From: Octopus vulgaris
Taxonomy: Eukaryota
Direction: 5' to 3'
Length of the DNA: 124,000 nucleotides
Assembly: GCA_951406725.2 (NCBI GenBank)
Contig: OX597814.1
Span: 169,280,001-169,404,000, forward strand
The notes under the pieces were generated by a model that saw only the letters and a list, made by a program, of their open reading frames with translations, was not told the DNA's origin and made no database searches. How positions within the stretch are numbered: the stretch's first letter is position 1; each line of letters starts with the position of its first letter. Positions 28,014 through 43,700 of this stretch are shown here, piece by piece. The position numbers and the translations under genes are program-made.

Positions 28014-28279
28014 GTAATTTATGGGAGAAAAATTTTTCAGCTCAAACTCCCTGTGTATATTGGTTACTCATTTTTGCAGTCAGTCAATATAAAAGGCAAA
28101 CATCATCATCATCATCATCATCATCATCATACCATTGATTGTTCACCAATGCATCAAGCTATTCCTGAAATAATGAGACATAAAAAAAATCATTAAATTT
28201 AGTATGAACATCCTGTATATATATATTCTGCTACAATAATAGCAATAAGTATGAACAACCTGTATATATATATATATGT

Positions 28280-28673
28280 GGAGGCGCAATGGCCCAGTGG
28301 TTAGGGCAGAGGACTCGCGGTCATAGGATCGCGGTTTCGATTCCCAGACCGGGCGTTGTGAGTGTTTATTGAGCGAAAACACCTAAAGCTTCACGAGGCT
28401 CCGGCAGGGGATGGTGGTGATCCCTGCTGTACTCTTTCACCACAACTTTCTCTCACTCTTACTTCCCGTTTCTGTTGTACCTGAATTTCAAGGGGCCGGC
28501 CTTGTCACTCTCTGTGTCACGGTGAATATCCCCGGGAACTACATTAAGGGTGCACGTGTCTGTGGAGTGCTCAGCCACTTGCACGTTAATTTCACAAGCA
28601 GGCTGTTCCGTTGATTCGGACCAACCGGAACCCTCATCGTCGTAACCGACGGAGTGCTTCCAAAAAAAAAAAA
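28280..28673 (+). mobile_element. Full-length tRNA-derived SINE (family C) with A-rich tail
   Basis: A box TGGCCCAGTGG, B box GGTTTCGATTCC, CpGs retained; truncated relatives at 32090-32355(-), 33265-33370(+), 104120-104398(-). Confidence 0.85.
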
Positions 28674-28686
28674 TATATATATACAC

Positions 28687-28733
<47 letters not shown>

Positions 28734-28778
28734 CTTTATAATTAGGGTTCAGCAAAGATTTGCTTTAATAATACTTTA

Positions 28779-28827
<49 letters not shown>

Positions 28828-30825
28828 ATAATAATATGAGGGAATATTATTCCAAACTTACATATATATTCTACCAAATATATACGTTTTATTTACTATT
28901 TTGCACATTACTTAATCATTGTTATATGTTTTATCTTATATTTAATCTTTCTATTATATGTAATTTTTCTAAATGGCATAATTTAATTTTTCATTATTGA
29001 ATTGATAAAAGGTGCTTTTTCTCAAATTTTTATATATATATATTTGTGTGTCTGTGTTTGTCCCCCTCACCGTCACTTGATAACCGATGTTGGTGTGTTT
29101 ACATCCCAGTAACTTAGTGGTTTGGCAAAAGAGGCTGATAAAATAGGTACTAGGCTTACAAAGGATAAGTCCTGGGGTCGATTTCTTTGGCTAAAGGCAA
29201 TGCTCCAGCATGGCTGCAGTCAGATGGCTGAAATGAATAAATAAAAGAATATATAAAAGTGTCTGTGCAATGCCATGTAAAAGCACCTGTGCTGTGCCAC
29301 ATTAAAGCGCCCATACAGTCCCACATGAAAGCATTCATGTAGTGCCATGTGGAAGCACCCAGCACACTCTGTAAAGTTGTTGGCATTAGGAAGGGCATCA
29401 AGCTGTAGAAACCATATTAAATCAGAATAGAGTTTGGTGCAGCTCCCTAGCTTGCCAGCTCAGGTCAAACCATCTAATCCTTGCCAGCATTGAGAATAGA
29501 CGTTAAATGGTGATGATGTACTGTACTATTTCTTAGACTAGTATCCAGGAACTAAGACAAATATTAGTGAACTTTTGTAGTAACTGGAGAAGCAAAAGCC
29601 TAACAGAAAACTCTTTTAGAGTTTAACAGCAGGGTATATCAATATAAAAATTCTCTCAGATAATGTAACAACGAAAATATTAACAACAACAACAAAAGAA
29701 TAACATGTGAGTCTACAGTCATCACATTTTCTGTTCTGGACAGAGTCATGATTCAAAACTGTGTAATTTGTTTTGAATATAATGTCATAAAACACACAAC
29801 TTCATACTGATCTGGTAATAAACAGATTTATTCTTATTTCTTTATTGCCCACAAGGGGCTAAGCATAGAGGGGACAAACACGGACAGACAAACGGATTTA
29901 GTCGATTATAACAACCCCCAGTGCATAACTGGTACTTAATTTATCGACCCTAAAAGGATGAAAGGCTAAGTCAACCTTGGCGGTATTTGAACTCAGAACG
30001 TAATGGCAAGTGAAATACCTATTTCTTTACTACCCACAAGGGGCTAAACACAGAGGGGACAAACAAGGACAGACAAACTGATTAAGTCGATTATATCGAC
30101 CCCCAGGGCATAACTGGTACTTGATTTATCGACCCCAAAAGGATGAAAGGCAAGGTCAACCTCAGCGGAATTTGAACTCAGAACGTAATGGCAGGCGAAA
30201 TACTGCTAAGCATTTCATGCAGGGTGCTAACATTTCTGCCAGCTCACAGATTTATTCTTGTCAGGCAGATACATTAGGAAATGCATTATCCATTTTTGTG
30301 GCAACAGATGCAGCACTATTGACGACATGCGTTGTGTGACATGCCATCATCTTTCTTATGTTTCTCTAACTACTGTGAAAGTCCATTGACGATTGCTCAC
30401 TGTCTCCAAATCCCTGAAATTCTGTATGAAACTAATGTCATGAAATTGAACGGTATTAAGTTTATAAATACCCATTACCTGAGAGAAATATATCTCATGG
30501 TACAATTAAATAAAGGATACAGTTGACCAATGAGAAGCTATTCAATTGAATCTCATTTGTACCATCATTGAGAAGAAACTGACATTAAGCTTCAAACTGC
30601 TGCTGATGAGTGAGGATGGTATTTCACAAGAGCATACTTCATTTTCTCTAACTTAATCGGATAATCATTTAAGATAGACACTGAAATTACAAGCACAATG
30701 TTAAGTGTACATTACACCTATGGATCAATGGATACCCTTTTGAAACTAACATGTGTATTTGAAATAGCTGGAGAACTTTCACAAAGAAAACCTCTGTACT
30801 TTCTTCTCCTCATTAATTAGTATAA

Positions 30826-31195
30826 TCTCTCTCTATATAAAGCTGAAGTTGTCTGAGTATGGCAGGTTTGGTAGCCTTCAACTAACACTATCTCCTCTGA
30901 GGCTCTGCGGCGCAAGTTGACCAAAATTGAGAGTATGATAGAAGAAGGCTTGCTCTTCCTTCCGTAGAAGAAAAAAATTCAAATCGGGCCATGTTAACAC
31001 CAAAAATTATTTACATTGAAAAGGTGCTTTTTACGATGTTTTGACTGCTGTGTTGCCATTTTTCGGTGTATTTCAACCAGAAAAATGTTCACTTAAAGAG
31101 AATAACAAGCTACATAATGCAAAATTTTTACTTTTTAAAAATTCCAATTCGAAAGGGTTGAAACAAACCCGAGCAACGCCGGGCGATACTGCTAG
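30826..31195 (+). mobile_element. Non-autonomous Helitron-like element
   Basis: 5' TC start, 3' CCCGAGCAACGCCGGG hairpin then CTAG, inserted between A and T; same termini at 88552-88981. Confidence 0.75.
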
Positions 31196-31752
31196 TAATT
31201 TGATAAACTTTGAAGTTATTCTCAAGAAAGGTCCAATTAAAAAAGTTACCTCTTTCCATAACCACAGCCAGATTAAGACCTATAGAGGCTCTAAGCACTT
31301 AAAAGATTTTGGTGTGCCCATACATATGTAATTCAAAATATAAACAATAATAAACCATAAATTTTTATTTTCTCAAAATGAAACAAAAGTAACAATAAGA
31401 TGGAAAATGATGTTTATTTTTGTTCACTTCCACTTTATTTATATTTGAAAAGTTTTCTCCTAACTTTTTTCTTTTTAATTTGCAAAGTCTTTGATTAGAT
31501 CCTCACTATGATGCCATGACCACTTTGGAATTATATTTCCAATCATATAAACCACTTTGAATGCTGTTGCATCAACCTTTTACTTCTTTTTATATCCCTT
31601 ATATTTTTTTGTGCATAACTATTGGTTTATTTTTATGAAATAGATATTGCAAGTAGCAATTATTGTCTTATTACAATCTCCTATTTTTGAATGACTATTT
31701 CGCTTATCATTTATATCTCATCTATTTTCATACAAGCAATTTTTCTTTAAAG

Positions 31753-31919
31753 ATTGTATTTGCAATCAGCCCTAAGCTTGTCTCTGAAAGGGAGCTCAGT
31801 GATGACATGCAACAAATGGTTAACAAATTATGTTTAACTTGCAACTGACTAGGAGTTATTAATATAGCAGTGGCCATGATATTTGAGACAGCGGTCAAGA
31901 AAAAAAAGGCAAAATCAAG
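31753..31919 (+). other. Candidate exon (acceptor TTTTTCTTTAAAG, donor AAG|GTAAGT); possible start MIFETAVKKKKAKS
   Basis: Strong splice-like signals in unique sequence; stops precede the ATG in all frames; no recognisable homology. Confidence 0.2.
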
Positions 31920-32581
31920 GTAAGTCCCCGTCAAGAAAATAGGTCTTTGTAAAGAAATGACAGCTGATAAGTCAGATAAAGATAGGAATATCAGTATGTC
32001 GATGGCAATTAGAAAAATTAGGGAGTTAGCAGATAAGTTAAAAATAATTTTTTATTATTTATGCACCCTTTTCAAGCCTAGTCAGGCTCATGGGCCCAGT
32101 TTTCTGGTTTCTATGGCATATGTGCTCCCCCCAGCTCGAAGGGACACCAGTCCATCGTAGTGTTACTCAAAAAAAACAGGAAGAAAGAGTAAAAGAATGT
32201 TGGGGTGAAAGAGTACAACAGGGGTCGCCACCACCCCCTGCCAGAGCCTTGTGGAGCTTTAGGTGTTTTCGCTCAATAAACACACACAATGCCTGGCCTA
32301 GGAATCAAAACTACGATCCTCAGACTGCGAGTCCACTGCCCTAACCACTGGGCCATTGTGTCTCCACAATTACTGAAAAATTAGGTGTTGAAATGAAAGT
32401 AGAAGAAATCCTAAATCAAAGGCTTGAAAGGGAAAATATATGAGAATAATTGGCAGCAGCATGGCTATGAGGCTATCTCTTCTTAACTATGTGGTTTTAG
32501 ATTCAATCTCATTGCATGGCACCTTGGCCAAGTATCTTCTAACATAACCCTGGCTGACCAAATATATATATATATATATAT

Positions 32582-32626
<45 letters not shown>

Positions 32627-35600
32627 TATACACATCTCTCTCACTCTCTCTCTGAACATCAAATCATTGTTGGAAAGAAGTTTTACTTCTCTCAGAGCAG
32701 GCTATTATGTTCTTCATCAGTTAACCAATTATTGTTTTGTTGTCCAAGCCCTGGTTGTCTCATAGTCCAATCAGACCTCAGAATTAGTCTTTGGTTTGAG
32801 ATCCAAACTCTCAGTTGGTCCTAATGACATTTAGGACCAACAGGCTGTGCTATATTCTGATCACACACAATATAGGACTTAAGACTGCAGCCACAGTTCA
32901 CAATAGCTGGCATAATTCAGTCACAAAATTCCGAGTCAAAACTGAAGATCTGAGCCTGAAATAATCCTTATTTCAGGTTCTGGACTCAGTAAAATATATC
33001 CACTGAATGTTTTTTCAGTTTGCTGCCACATTCACATCAATCTTATAGCAAGATGCTTGATGCAAATTGTAGAATTTTAGCCAGACCTCTTTTAGTTATA
33101 AATGAGCCTTGAATCTCAAGCAAAGGCTGAAACCAGGTTTAAATACCAAACTTTTGTCCATAACTTTTTACAGTTGGTTACCAGTTTGCCCTATTATTTC
33201 CTTTTTGTATTTGTATTTCATTTTGTAACTCTCATGTTCTTAATTGTTCTTAACATTGTGGAGGCACAATGGCCCGATGGTTAGAGCAGCGGACTCGCCG
33301 TCAGAGGATTGCGGTTTCGATTCCCAGACCGGGCGTTGTGTGTGTTTATTGAACGGAAACACCTAAAGCACCTTCTTCTTTTGTCACAGTTCAAGCGTTC
33401 TTTCTTGATGAATAACTGGAATTTCATGAATTCTTTTCACTGGAATCAGTTTGTACCCATGATCTAAAAACTGGGAATTGCTACTCTTTTTCTCTTTTAC
33501 TTGTTTCAGTCATTTGACTGTGGCCATGCTGGAGCACCGCCTTTAGTTGAGCAAATCGACCCCAGGACTTATTCTTTGTAAGCCTAGTACTTATTCTATC
33601 GGTCTCTTTTACCGAACCGCTAAGTGATGGGGACATAAACACACCAGCATCGGTTGTTAAGCAATGCTAGGGGGACAAACACAGACACACAAACATACAT
33701 ACACACACACACACACATATATATACATATATACGATGGACTTCTTTCAGTTTCCGTCTATCAAATCCACTCACAAGGCTTTGGTCAGCCCAAGGTTATA
33801 GTAGAAGACACTTGCCCAAGATGCCATGCAGTGGGACTGAACCCAGAGCCATGTGGTTGGTAAGCAGACTACTTACCACACAGCCACTCCTGCACCTGTT
33901 GCATATTTCTAACTATTCAAAAGGCACAGATATGGATACAAAAGCTGTTCTAGTATCACATTTAAATCCAGTTAACTCTCCATTCACTTTCAATTGAATT
34001 TTAATAGACTTGTCTTTAATTTCATTTGCTGTTTGTAATGTAATATTTCTCAAAACTGGATGTTTTATCAGTCATCTTTTACTTACTTCAGTCATTGGAT
34101 TGCAGTCATACTGGGATCCACCTTGATGGGTTTAGTTGAATAAATCATTTCCATTCTGTATATTTAAGGTGAGAGGCACAAGCACTTACACTGCCTGACT
34201 GGCCCTCGTGCCAGTGGCATGTAAAAGCACCCACTACACTCTTGGAGTGGTTGGCGTTAGGAAGGGCATCCAGCTGTAGAAACTGTGCCAGATCAGATTG
34301 GAGTCTGGTGCAGCCATCTGGTTCACCAGACCTCAGTCAAATCGTCCAACATTTCAACATCATGGAAAACGGACGTTAAACGATGATGATGATGCTGATG
34401 ATGATGTACACCCATGATGGAAACTTCTGCCTACCAAATCCAATCACAAGGTTTCAGTCAGCCCAAAACTATAGCAGAAGACACTTGCCTAAGTGGGACT
34501 GAACCCCAAACCATGTGGCTGGGAAGCAAGCTTCCTAAACACACAGCCATACCCATACCAGCATAGAAAATGAACATTAAATGACGATGATGATGATTTT
34601 TAAGTTTGGTATTTATCCTATCATAATCTTTTGCTGAACTGCTAAGTTACTGGTACATAACCAACAATGTGATGGGGGTGGGGGTGGAAACAAACTCAAA
34701 GCCACACACACACATTTTTATGAAGAGCTTCCATCTACCAAGTTCACTCACAAAGCATTGGTCAGCCCAAGACTAAAGCAGAAGACACATGCTCAAGGTT
34801 CCATAATGGAGGACTTAAATTCAAAACTACAAGTTTGCAAAGTGAGCTTCTTAACCATGCAGCCATACCTGCACCTGTTTGCTTAATTTTTCTTTTCAAA
34901 TTCTATTTATTATTTTTCTGTTATTATTCATCCTTATTTTGATTTAATCTGAATCAGAATTCTTTCAAAAATGATCTTTCTTATGGCTACAATTACATTC
35001 TACACATTTTCCCCCTTGTTCAATATTTCATTCTTCCTCTATTCTCATGGCCAAAATTTTCAGACTCAGGCTTTCCTTTTAATAAATTTGAAGAACTTTC
35101 AATAGCTGTATTTATTGGTATTAGAATTTTCAATGTTTTTCTAGTGTAGAGTCTTGTTTCTCTCAAAATTATTTACCACACATTTTTCGTATATGTGTCC
35201 ATAATCAATCTGTCTCTTACAGAATTTGTAAAGTCTACCAATTTCTGAATTTTATTTTTCTGCAACAAATTGGTACTACTCATTCCACTCATTTGATAGA
35301 AACTGAAACAAATTTTATATTTCAACATCACAAGAATTCTCTTCCTCAAAATGTGTTACCAATTTTTGTATGACTTCGAAAAATTTACATTTTGCATCAT
35401 CAAAGCATTAGCCAATTTAAACGTTTTTACCACCAGTTCCAGTGATAAAATATTTCAATTTTACATCTTCATTGGTAAATCTGTTTTTAGATCAAAATAA
35501 GTCTCCATTCTGATCACAAAAATCTTTTTATTTCAGAATGTTGGAAACTTTTTTTTTTTCTATGAAATAACCTGAACTTATCTAGATATTTCTTCAGCCA

Positions 35601-36260
35601 ATCTAATATCATAATTTCATAATTTTTAAACAAATGACCTCAAAAAAAAATATATTCTTCTAAAAATTAAGAATTTATCACCATTTTTTTTTCCGTTTTG
35701 CAAAACCTGTTGCTAATTTTTGTGGAAAAGTTTTCATATCTACCTTTTTTTTCTCAAAGTCTTCAGTGCTACATTTTTCAGGCTAACTTCATCTTGTTCC
35801 CACTTTTTTGTTGTGTTTATTTCTTAGTTACAGTACAATCTGCAAGTATAATAAAAGCAAATTCTACAATTATTGACAGGAATATATAATAAAAAATTGT
35901 TTTCAAATCTTGCCACAAGGGAGAGGATAAATCGATTACATCGACTCCAGTGTTTCACTGGTACTTAATTTATTAGGATATAATAATGAAAATAAAGCAA
36001 TGAACCTCAGTAATTAGTTGATATCATTGTACAACATTTCGGCTAAAGAGTGTAACCCTTTGCCAAAATAATCATGTTTTATTATATCTAAGATCACAGG
36101 TTTTTGGTATAGCTGTGTACCAAAAAGTTTGCTTGCCAAATGCATGGTCTCAGGTTCAGTTATACTGTGTGGCAACTTGGGCAAGTGTCTTCTAATATAG
36201 CATCCAGGTAACCAAGGCTTTGTGAGTGGATTTGATAGATGGAAACTGAAAGCCTGTCCA

Positions 36261-36313
<53 letters not shown>

Positions 36314-37597
36314 TGTGCGTGTGTGTGTGTATGTGAATGTGTGCATGTGTGTGTGTATGTGAATGTGTGCGTGTGTGTGTATGTGAATGTGTGCATGTGT
36401 GTGTGTGTATGTGTGTGAGTGCGTTACTGTCTGCTTGTTGTCATGTGATGTCATGCAAGCGCATGTCCTTCATCCTCAATCTTCTATGGCAACACATCTG
36501 GTCATGGGGAATATTACCTTACTTGGAAACAGGTGAGGGTTGGCAACAGGAAGAGCATCCAGCTATAGAAAATCTTCCTCATCAAATTCTGTCTGACCCA
36601 TGACAGTATGGAAACATAGAAGTTAAACTATGATGATATATGAGTATATTTTTCCATTCACCCTGCTCAATTTATGTACCAACCCACAAGTGACATCAAC
36701 TATTGCTACATATTGTAGGGCTAAACAAATAGCTGTCTTTAGTTGAACTGTGACTGAGGAGATGAATAATCTCTGAAACATCTCAATGTTATGTAAATTA
36801 ACTTGTGATAAGTATCCTATAGCTCCTATTTGTGATATATTTGTAGTCTATTCTTCCTGTTATTTTTAAATTCACACACACATATTCGAATTAAATACAA
36901 CAGTAAAGTCACAATAAAGTATGTGAGAATTGTGTATATATATATTACACACTTTGCTATATTAGTACAAAATGTATACATGTATGTGTGAATGATTTTG
37001 TTTTACCTCTCATCTTCACATGTGTATGGTGACTGTAAACAAAAGCCTTACCAGTCAAGACCAATGGTGTTCGTCTGCAGTCTACTGCAAAAGCATATGC
37101 AGGCTACATGTCATGTCATGACAGGTTGCAAGCTGAATATCCACAAAAGCCTCACCATTCATGCAAACAATCTCATTTGTTTACAGTCTTCCAGGAAAGG
37201 ATGTCTGGACTGTTTGTTGTTCAATAAACTGTGGTATTTATTGTCTTGCATAGAAACAGATGCGAGATATCAGAAATGATATCTGGTCATAGAAAGCTTA
37301 CCTCAAGTAATCTCAATTGATCAATCCAAACATGGAAAACTAGACTTTAAAGCAGTGTTTCTCAAATGGTTCCTACAGGTTCCGTAAGAAAGAGTGAGAT
37401 AAGCTAATGCTAATTTCATGATTGTAATATTACTATACATGCACAACATATTATTGGTTATTGTAATATTCTTTTCTGCTCTAGGCACAAGGCCCAAAAT
37501 TTTGGGGGAGAGGGGCAGTCGATTAAATTGACTCCAGTACTGGTACTTAATTTATTAACCCCGAGAGGATTTATGGACACCCTATATATGCATATAC

Positions 37598-37652
<55 letters not shown>

Positions 37653-38039
37653 GCTCAGTGGTTAGAGCATCGAACTTATGATCATGAGGTTGTGAGCTCG
37701 AATCCCGGACCAGGCTGCATGTTGTGTTCTTGAGCAAGACACTTTATTTCACGTCGCTCCAGTTCACTCAGCTGTAGAAATGAGTTGCGATGTCAGAGGT
37801 GCCAAGCTGTATCGGCCGTTGCCTTTTCCTTGGATAACACTGGTGGCGTGGGGGAGGGGGGGGCTGGTATGCATGAGCGACTGCTGGTCTTCCCTAAATA
37901 ACTTTGCCTGGGAGGGTAACCTTCTAGGTGCAATCCCATGGTCTGTGTCATGACCGAAGGGGTCTCAGAATATATATATATGTATATATGTGCAGGAGAA
38001 CAGAGGAGAGAGCGGGAAAATAGCAGTGGTGAGCATGGA

Positions 38040-38720
38040 TATGTTGTAGGGGAGAGAGGGGTCATGGACATGGATTTTACTTTTGCTGGGCAAGTCTTCT
38101 CCAGCACAACATATCTTCAGTTGTCTCAATCCCTTTCACCTCCTCCGTGAGACTCAGCATATGAAGATCATTTCTCACCACTTCATCCCATGTCCTCCTA
38201 TGTCTACTTCTTCTGCAGGTTCCTTCCACATTTAGAGATTGGCACTTATTTATGAAGCTTCTTATATTCAACTTAAACCATTTACACTTGTACATGTACA
38301 CTGACTTTGCACATCTAGCAACGCATGCTGGTTTCTTTTATTTCAAGCCTTCACATGTCCTTTGCAGCCACAGCCCCTGTTTTGCTGCCATGTAGCACAG
38401 CTGTCCGTACACAGGTATCATACAATCACGAGCTGGCAGAAATGTTAGCATGCTGGGCAAAATGCTTAGCAGTATTTTGTCTGCTGCGTTCTGAGTTCAA
38501 ATTCCGCCGAGGTCGACTTTGCCTTTCATCCTTTCAGGGTCGATAAATTAAGTACTGGTTACGCACTGGGGACGATATAATCGACTTAATCCGTTTGTCT
38601 GTCCTTGTTTGTCCTCTCTGTGTTTAGCCCCTTTTGGGTAGTAAAGAAATAGGTATCATACAATCATCTACCTTTCACCCTGAGGGAGAGCCCCTTTGTC
38701 ACCAACAAAGGTAATAGCTC
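38040..38720 (-). pseudogene. RTE RT C-terminal fragment interrupted by a SINE family B copy (38429-38650)
   Basis: Similarity to the 98063-99994 ORF; 16-bp target-site duplication AGGTATCATACAATCA at 38413-38428 and 38651-38666. Confidence 0.8.
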
Positions 38721-40144
38721 TCTGAACTTTGCTCAGCTGACTGCATTTTCCCCCCACCACTGCTTCACAGCTGGCGTTAGTTTGTTAGTTTGTTTACATC
38801 CCCATACATCCTGTACACATACAACATGCTTCCATCTAGTTTCCACCATCCAGATTCACTCACAAGGCATTGGTTGGCCCGAAGCTATACTAGAAGACAT
38901 TTGCCCCAGCTACCATACACAGGGATTGAACCCAAGACTACATAGTTGAAAAGAGGGTTTCTTAACCATACAGCCTTTTTTTTTCCAATGGTTCTTCTAT
39001 ATATTGAAACCTTTCTTTTTCATACATCTTACGACATAATAAAACCATTCTTATTTGTTATTTAACATTACACCACAAATGTGAACAAGTGTTAAAACCT
39101 ATTGTATGTTCAGTGACTGCCTGCTTTGTCATTATACGTATATCAATAAATATGATTTTATTTTTCTGAACACTCTCTCCTGCAAAGTGTAAACCACATA
39201 TTTCCTGTTTGTTGCTCACTAATGTAATTCCTCTCTCTTCATAAAAATATTTTTCTGTTTGCTTTTTATTATTTTGTTTTATTTGTTATTTGTAAATACA
39301 TTTTTTTCTTTTTCTTTTCCTTTCATTTTTTTTTCTTTTTGTTTGTTTGTTTGGGTGTGTAGAATTTTAACTTTGTCCTTTTAACATTCATTGAGAAGTT
39401 GTGTATATTTATTGAGAGAGGGGTTGAGAAGGTTTTGAAGCGTTAATGGATTCAGGACTGTTATCGCTTAACACTAAACATAAAGAACTAGATATGATAA
39501 ATCATGTTATGTGTGTGTATGTGTGTATTTGTCTATATATCTGTAGGTACACACACACACACATAATGTATGTGTACCTACAGATATATAGGTAATGTGT
39601 GTGTGTATGTGCAGGAGTACTTGTTTCAATCATTGGACTGCAGCCATACAGGGGTACTGTCTTGAAGGGTCTTTGTTGATCAAATTGACCCTAGTGCTTA
39701 TGTCATTTTTAAAAAAAAATCTTATCCTTATTCTTTTGGTTGCTTTTGCTGAACCACCAAGTTATGGGGAAGTAAACAAACCAACACACCTGTTGTCTGT
39801 TAGGTGCGTATGTGTGTGCATTAAACAAAGATACAAAGACACACACTCGTGCACACATGCTGGTGCTACATAAATGTATCCATGCCAGTAACATGTAAGA
39901 AGCATCCAGCAGACTCTATTAAGTGGTTGACATTAGAAAGGGCATCCAGCTGTAGAAACCATACCACAACAGATGGTTCCCTGCTAGCCAGCTCCATATC
40001 AAATCATCCAGTTTATGTCAGCGTGGAAAGAGGACTTTAAACGATGATGATGATACACACACACACACACACATACACACACACAAAATGAGCTTTCACA
40101 CAATTTCTATTAAATAAATTCACTCACAGAGCATTCGTTGAGAT

Positions 40145-41010
40145 CATCATCATCATCTTTTAACGTCTGCTTTCCATGCTAGCATGGGTTGGATGATTTT
40201 GACGGAGGGATGGCGAACCAGATGGCTGCACCAGGCTCCAATCTTGATCTGGCAGAGTTTCTACAGCTGGATGCCCTTCCTAACGCCAACCACTCTGAGA
40301 GTGTAGTGGGTGCTTTTTACGTGCCACCAGAACAGGGCCAGTCAGGTGGTACTGGCAATGACCTCGCTCAAATCTTTTTGCACATGCCACCAGCACAGGT
40401 GCCAGTAAGGCAATGCTGGTAACGATCACGCTCGAATGGTGCCTTTTATGTGCCACCGGCATGGAAGCCAATTAGCCGCTCTGGCAACGATCACGTTCAG
40501 ATGGTGCTCTTGGCACCCTACTAGCATGGGCACAAGTGCCAGTAAGGTGACGCTGGTAACAATCACACTTGAATGGTGCCTTTTATGTGCCACTGGCATG
40601 GAAGCCGGTTAGCTGCTCTGTCAATGATCACACTTGTATGGTGCTCTTTGCACCCAGCTAGCACGGATGCCAGTCATCGAATTTAATTTTGATTTTGATT
40701 TCACTTGCCTCAACAGGTCTTCACAAGTAGAGTTTAGTATCCAAAGAAGGAAAAGGTACGCATAAGTGGGCTGGTTACGCTCCTAGCATAGGCTACGAGG
40801 TTATGGTCTCATTTGGCTTACCAGGTCTTCTCAAGCACAGCATATTTCCAAAAGTCTCAGTCACTAGTCATTTCCTTGGTGAGGCCTAAAGTTCGAAGGT
40901 TGTGCTTCACCACCTCAACCCAGGTCTTCCTGGGTCTATCTCTTCCAGAGGTTCCCTCAACCACTAGGGTGTGGCACTTTTTCGCACAGCTATCCTCATC
41001 CATTCTTGCC
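40145..41010 (-). mobile_element. 5'-truncated RTE copy: RT C-terminus, single 3' UTR, (CAT)n tail
   Basis: RMDEDSCAKKCHTLVVEGTSGRDRPRKTW matches the end of the 98063 ORF. Confidence 0.85.
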
Positions 41011-41711
41011 ACATATATATATATAGGTGCAGTCGTGGCTGTGTGGTAAGAAGCTTGCTTCCCAATCACATGGTTTCGTAGATTTTTCAGTTGGAAACTG
41101 AATGAAGCCCGTCGTATGTATATATATATATATATATTAATAATAAGGACACATTGAAGTGTCTATCCACTAGAAATAAGAGTCAAAACCATTATTTGAA
41201 CCATCAAACAAAATTTACACTGAAAGCAACAGATTCAATAGTATACTAGCAGATTGAAAATAATCTCTCACATACCAATATAGCATAACGCTATATATTT
41301 AATGGTATAGGTATACATGTGGACTGGTTTCTGGTTTGATACAAAGATCTTACCTCCCTCAGCACATCTTAACCCTTTGAAACACTATCCGAATCTGTAA
41401 ATCTGCTGGTGTCCTTAATTGCCTAGTGCCAAAATGCGGACATATGTATATATTTGTATCCTTGTATTTGTGTTTGTCTCCCTCCCATTACCACTTGACA
41501 ACTGATGGTGGTGTGTTTACATCCCTGTAACTTAGCAATTTGGCAAAAGAGACCAATAGAATAAGTACTATGCTTAAAAAATAAGTCCTGTGATTGATTG
41601 TTTGACTAAAACCCTTCAAGGCAGTGCTCCAGCATGGCCACAATCAGATCACTCAAACAAGTAAAAGAATAAAAGAATATATGTGTGTTGTCGTTGTTGT
41701 TGTTGTTGTTG

Positions 41712-41744
<33 letters not shown>

Positions 41745-42708
41745 TGCATATGTGTACAGTGTGAAGTGAGATACCTAAATTTATTACACACATTGCAGAT
41801 GTGACAGGGTGTGATAAGTTTGAGTATCTCCTGCATCACTGTACACATGTATTTGCATGTGTGGGATATTCTGTGTGATTCATATAGCACTGTATGCCTA
41901 ACACATATGCACATACACATACATATGCACATACACATACATATGCATACACACATGCATAAAGTACATAGCAGAGGAGAGTATTGTTGTTTGAGTCAGA
42001 AACTCAATGAACAGTATAATTTGGTTTTACCAAGAGTGTGAGCACGTGGATGGAGGCGGGGTTAGAGAGAGAGAGAGAAAGAAGAAGAAAGAAAAGAAAG
42101 TGAAAGAGAGAGAGAGAATGACAGAGAATTTTGTGCATCTCATAAAACATTGCACACAGACGTGTGTGTGTATGTTTGCTCTGTGCTTTTTTATTTATTC
42201 ACCACCCCGCTTACACATTTATCTGATGTCATATTTGTTTCCAGGTCTTTGCCAAATCCATGGTTTTCATCTAACTGTCAATCTGTCATTGATGTTTTTT
42301 GGTTATTTATCTGTATACGTACTTCCATATCCATAGATAATGTACACAAACATAAGTACATACTTACACACACACCCACCCACATCTACCCCACTGCCCA
42401 CATACACACAGTCATGTTTTATTGGAAGCGTTCATACATTGGAATACAAAGATGGGTTGGTGGTAAACTCCCAACAAAACTTCTAGATTCAAACACAATT
42501 GGTCTACTATACTTTGGGATGAACAACAAAAATTAGATATTAGATAGACATAGCTATGTGATAAGAAGTTTGTTTCTCAACCATGTGGTTCTGGGTTCAG
42601 TCCCACTGCGTGGTACCTTGGGGAAGTGTTTTCAACAATATTCCTTAACTGACCAAAACCTTGTGAGTGGATTACATGGACAAAAACTGAAAGAAGCTCA
42701 TTGGGTAC

Positions 42709-42768
<60 letters not shown>

Positions 42769-43099
42769 ATGTGTGTGTGTATGTGTATTTGTGTGTGTGT
42801 GTGTGCATGCACACGTGTGTGTGTGTGTGTTACTGCTTACTTGCCTTGACATTGCATGATAGTTGTAAATGAGTGTCACTGTCATACTGGTGGTGTCTTC
42901 CATTACCAATCTTCCATAAAAAAAGATGTCTGGTCATGGGGAAATATTATCTTGTTTGGAAACAAGAGGGCTGGTGATTATAAGGGCACTCCTGATATAG
43001 AAACCCTGTTTCAACATATTCTGTCTGACTTGCAAGCTTGGAAAAGAGGAACTGTGAAGTGAAAAATAATGATGATGTTGATGATGATGATGATGATGT

Positions 43100-43148
<49 letters not shown>

Positions 43149-43227
43149 GGTGGTGGTGGTGGTGGTGGTGGTGGTGCTGATGATGATGATGATGGTGATG
43201 GTGATGGTGGTGATGGTGATGATGATG

Positions 43228-43277
<50 letters not shown>

Positions 43278-43655
43278 GATGATGGTGATGGTGATGATGT
43301 GAGTTATAGTTAGCTCCTTAGCAGCTGCAGCCTACCTTTATTCAAGTTCAGTAGGAGAAATTGAGCAAGTACGAACCCTTATTTTGAAACTTTCAACTCT
43401 TCTGCTCAGATTTATAAAACCCATAATCAGTGGCTCATTTAGGTATGTTACTCAGGTCATGAATACTCATTGTCATAAATAAGAACCTCTTCCAGGCAAA
43501 GAATGAAACTTCAGGGTAATATTATCTTCCTTGGAAACGGCTGATAGCCAGCAACATGAAGGGCATCCAACCATAGAAGATCTGCCTCGATGAATTTCAT
43601 TTGATCCATGCAAGCATGTAAAAGTGGCCATCAGAATTATGACAACAACAACAAC

Positions 43656-43700
<45 letters not shown>

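Noticed and set aside
28280-28355. tRNA gene
   Set aside because: A and B boxes are present, but it continues into a SINE body with many truncated relatives and I could not build a full cloverleaf
37000-37090. Minus-strand micro-exons with GTAAG/GTAAAA donors
   Set aside because: Would need an implausibly short intron between the two; the sequence alone cannot support it
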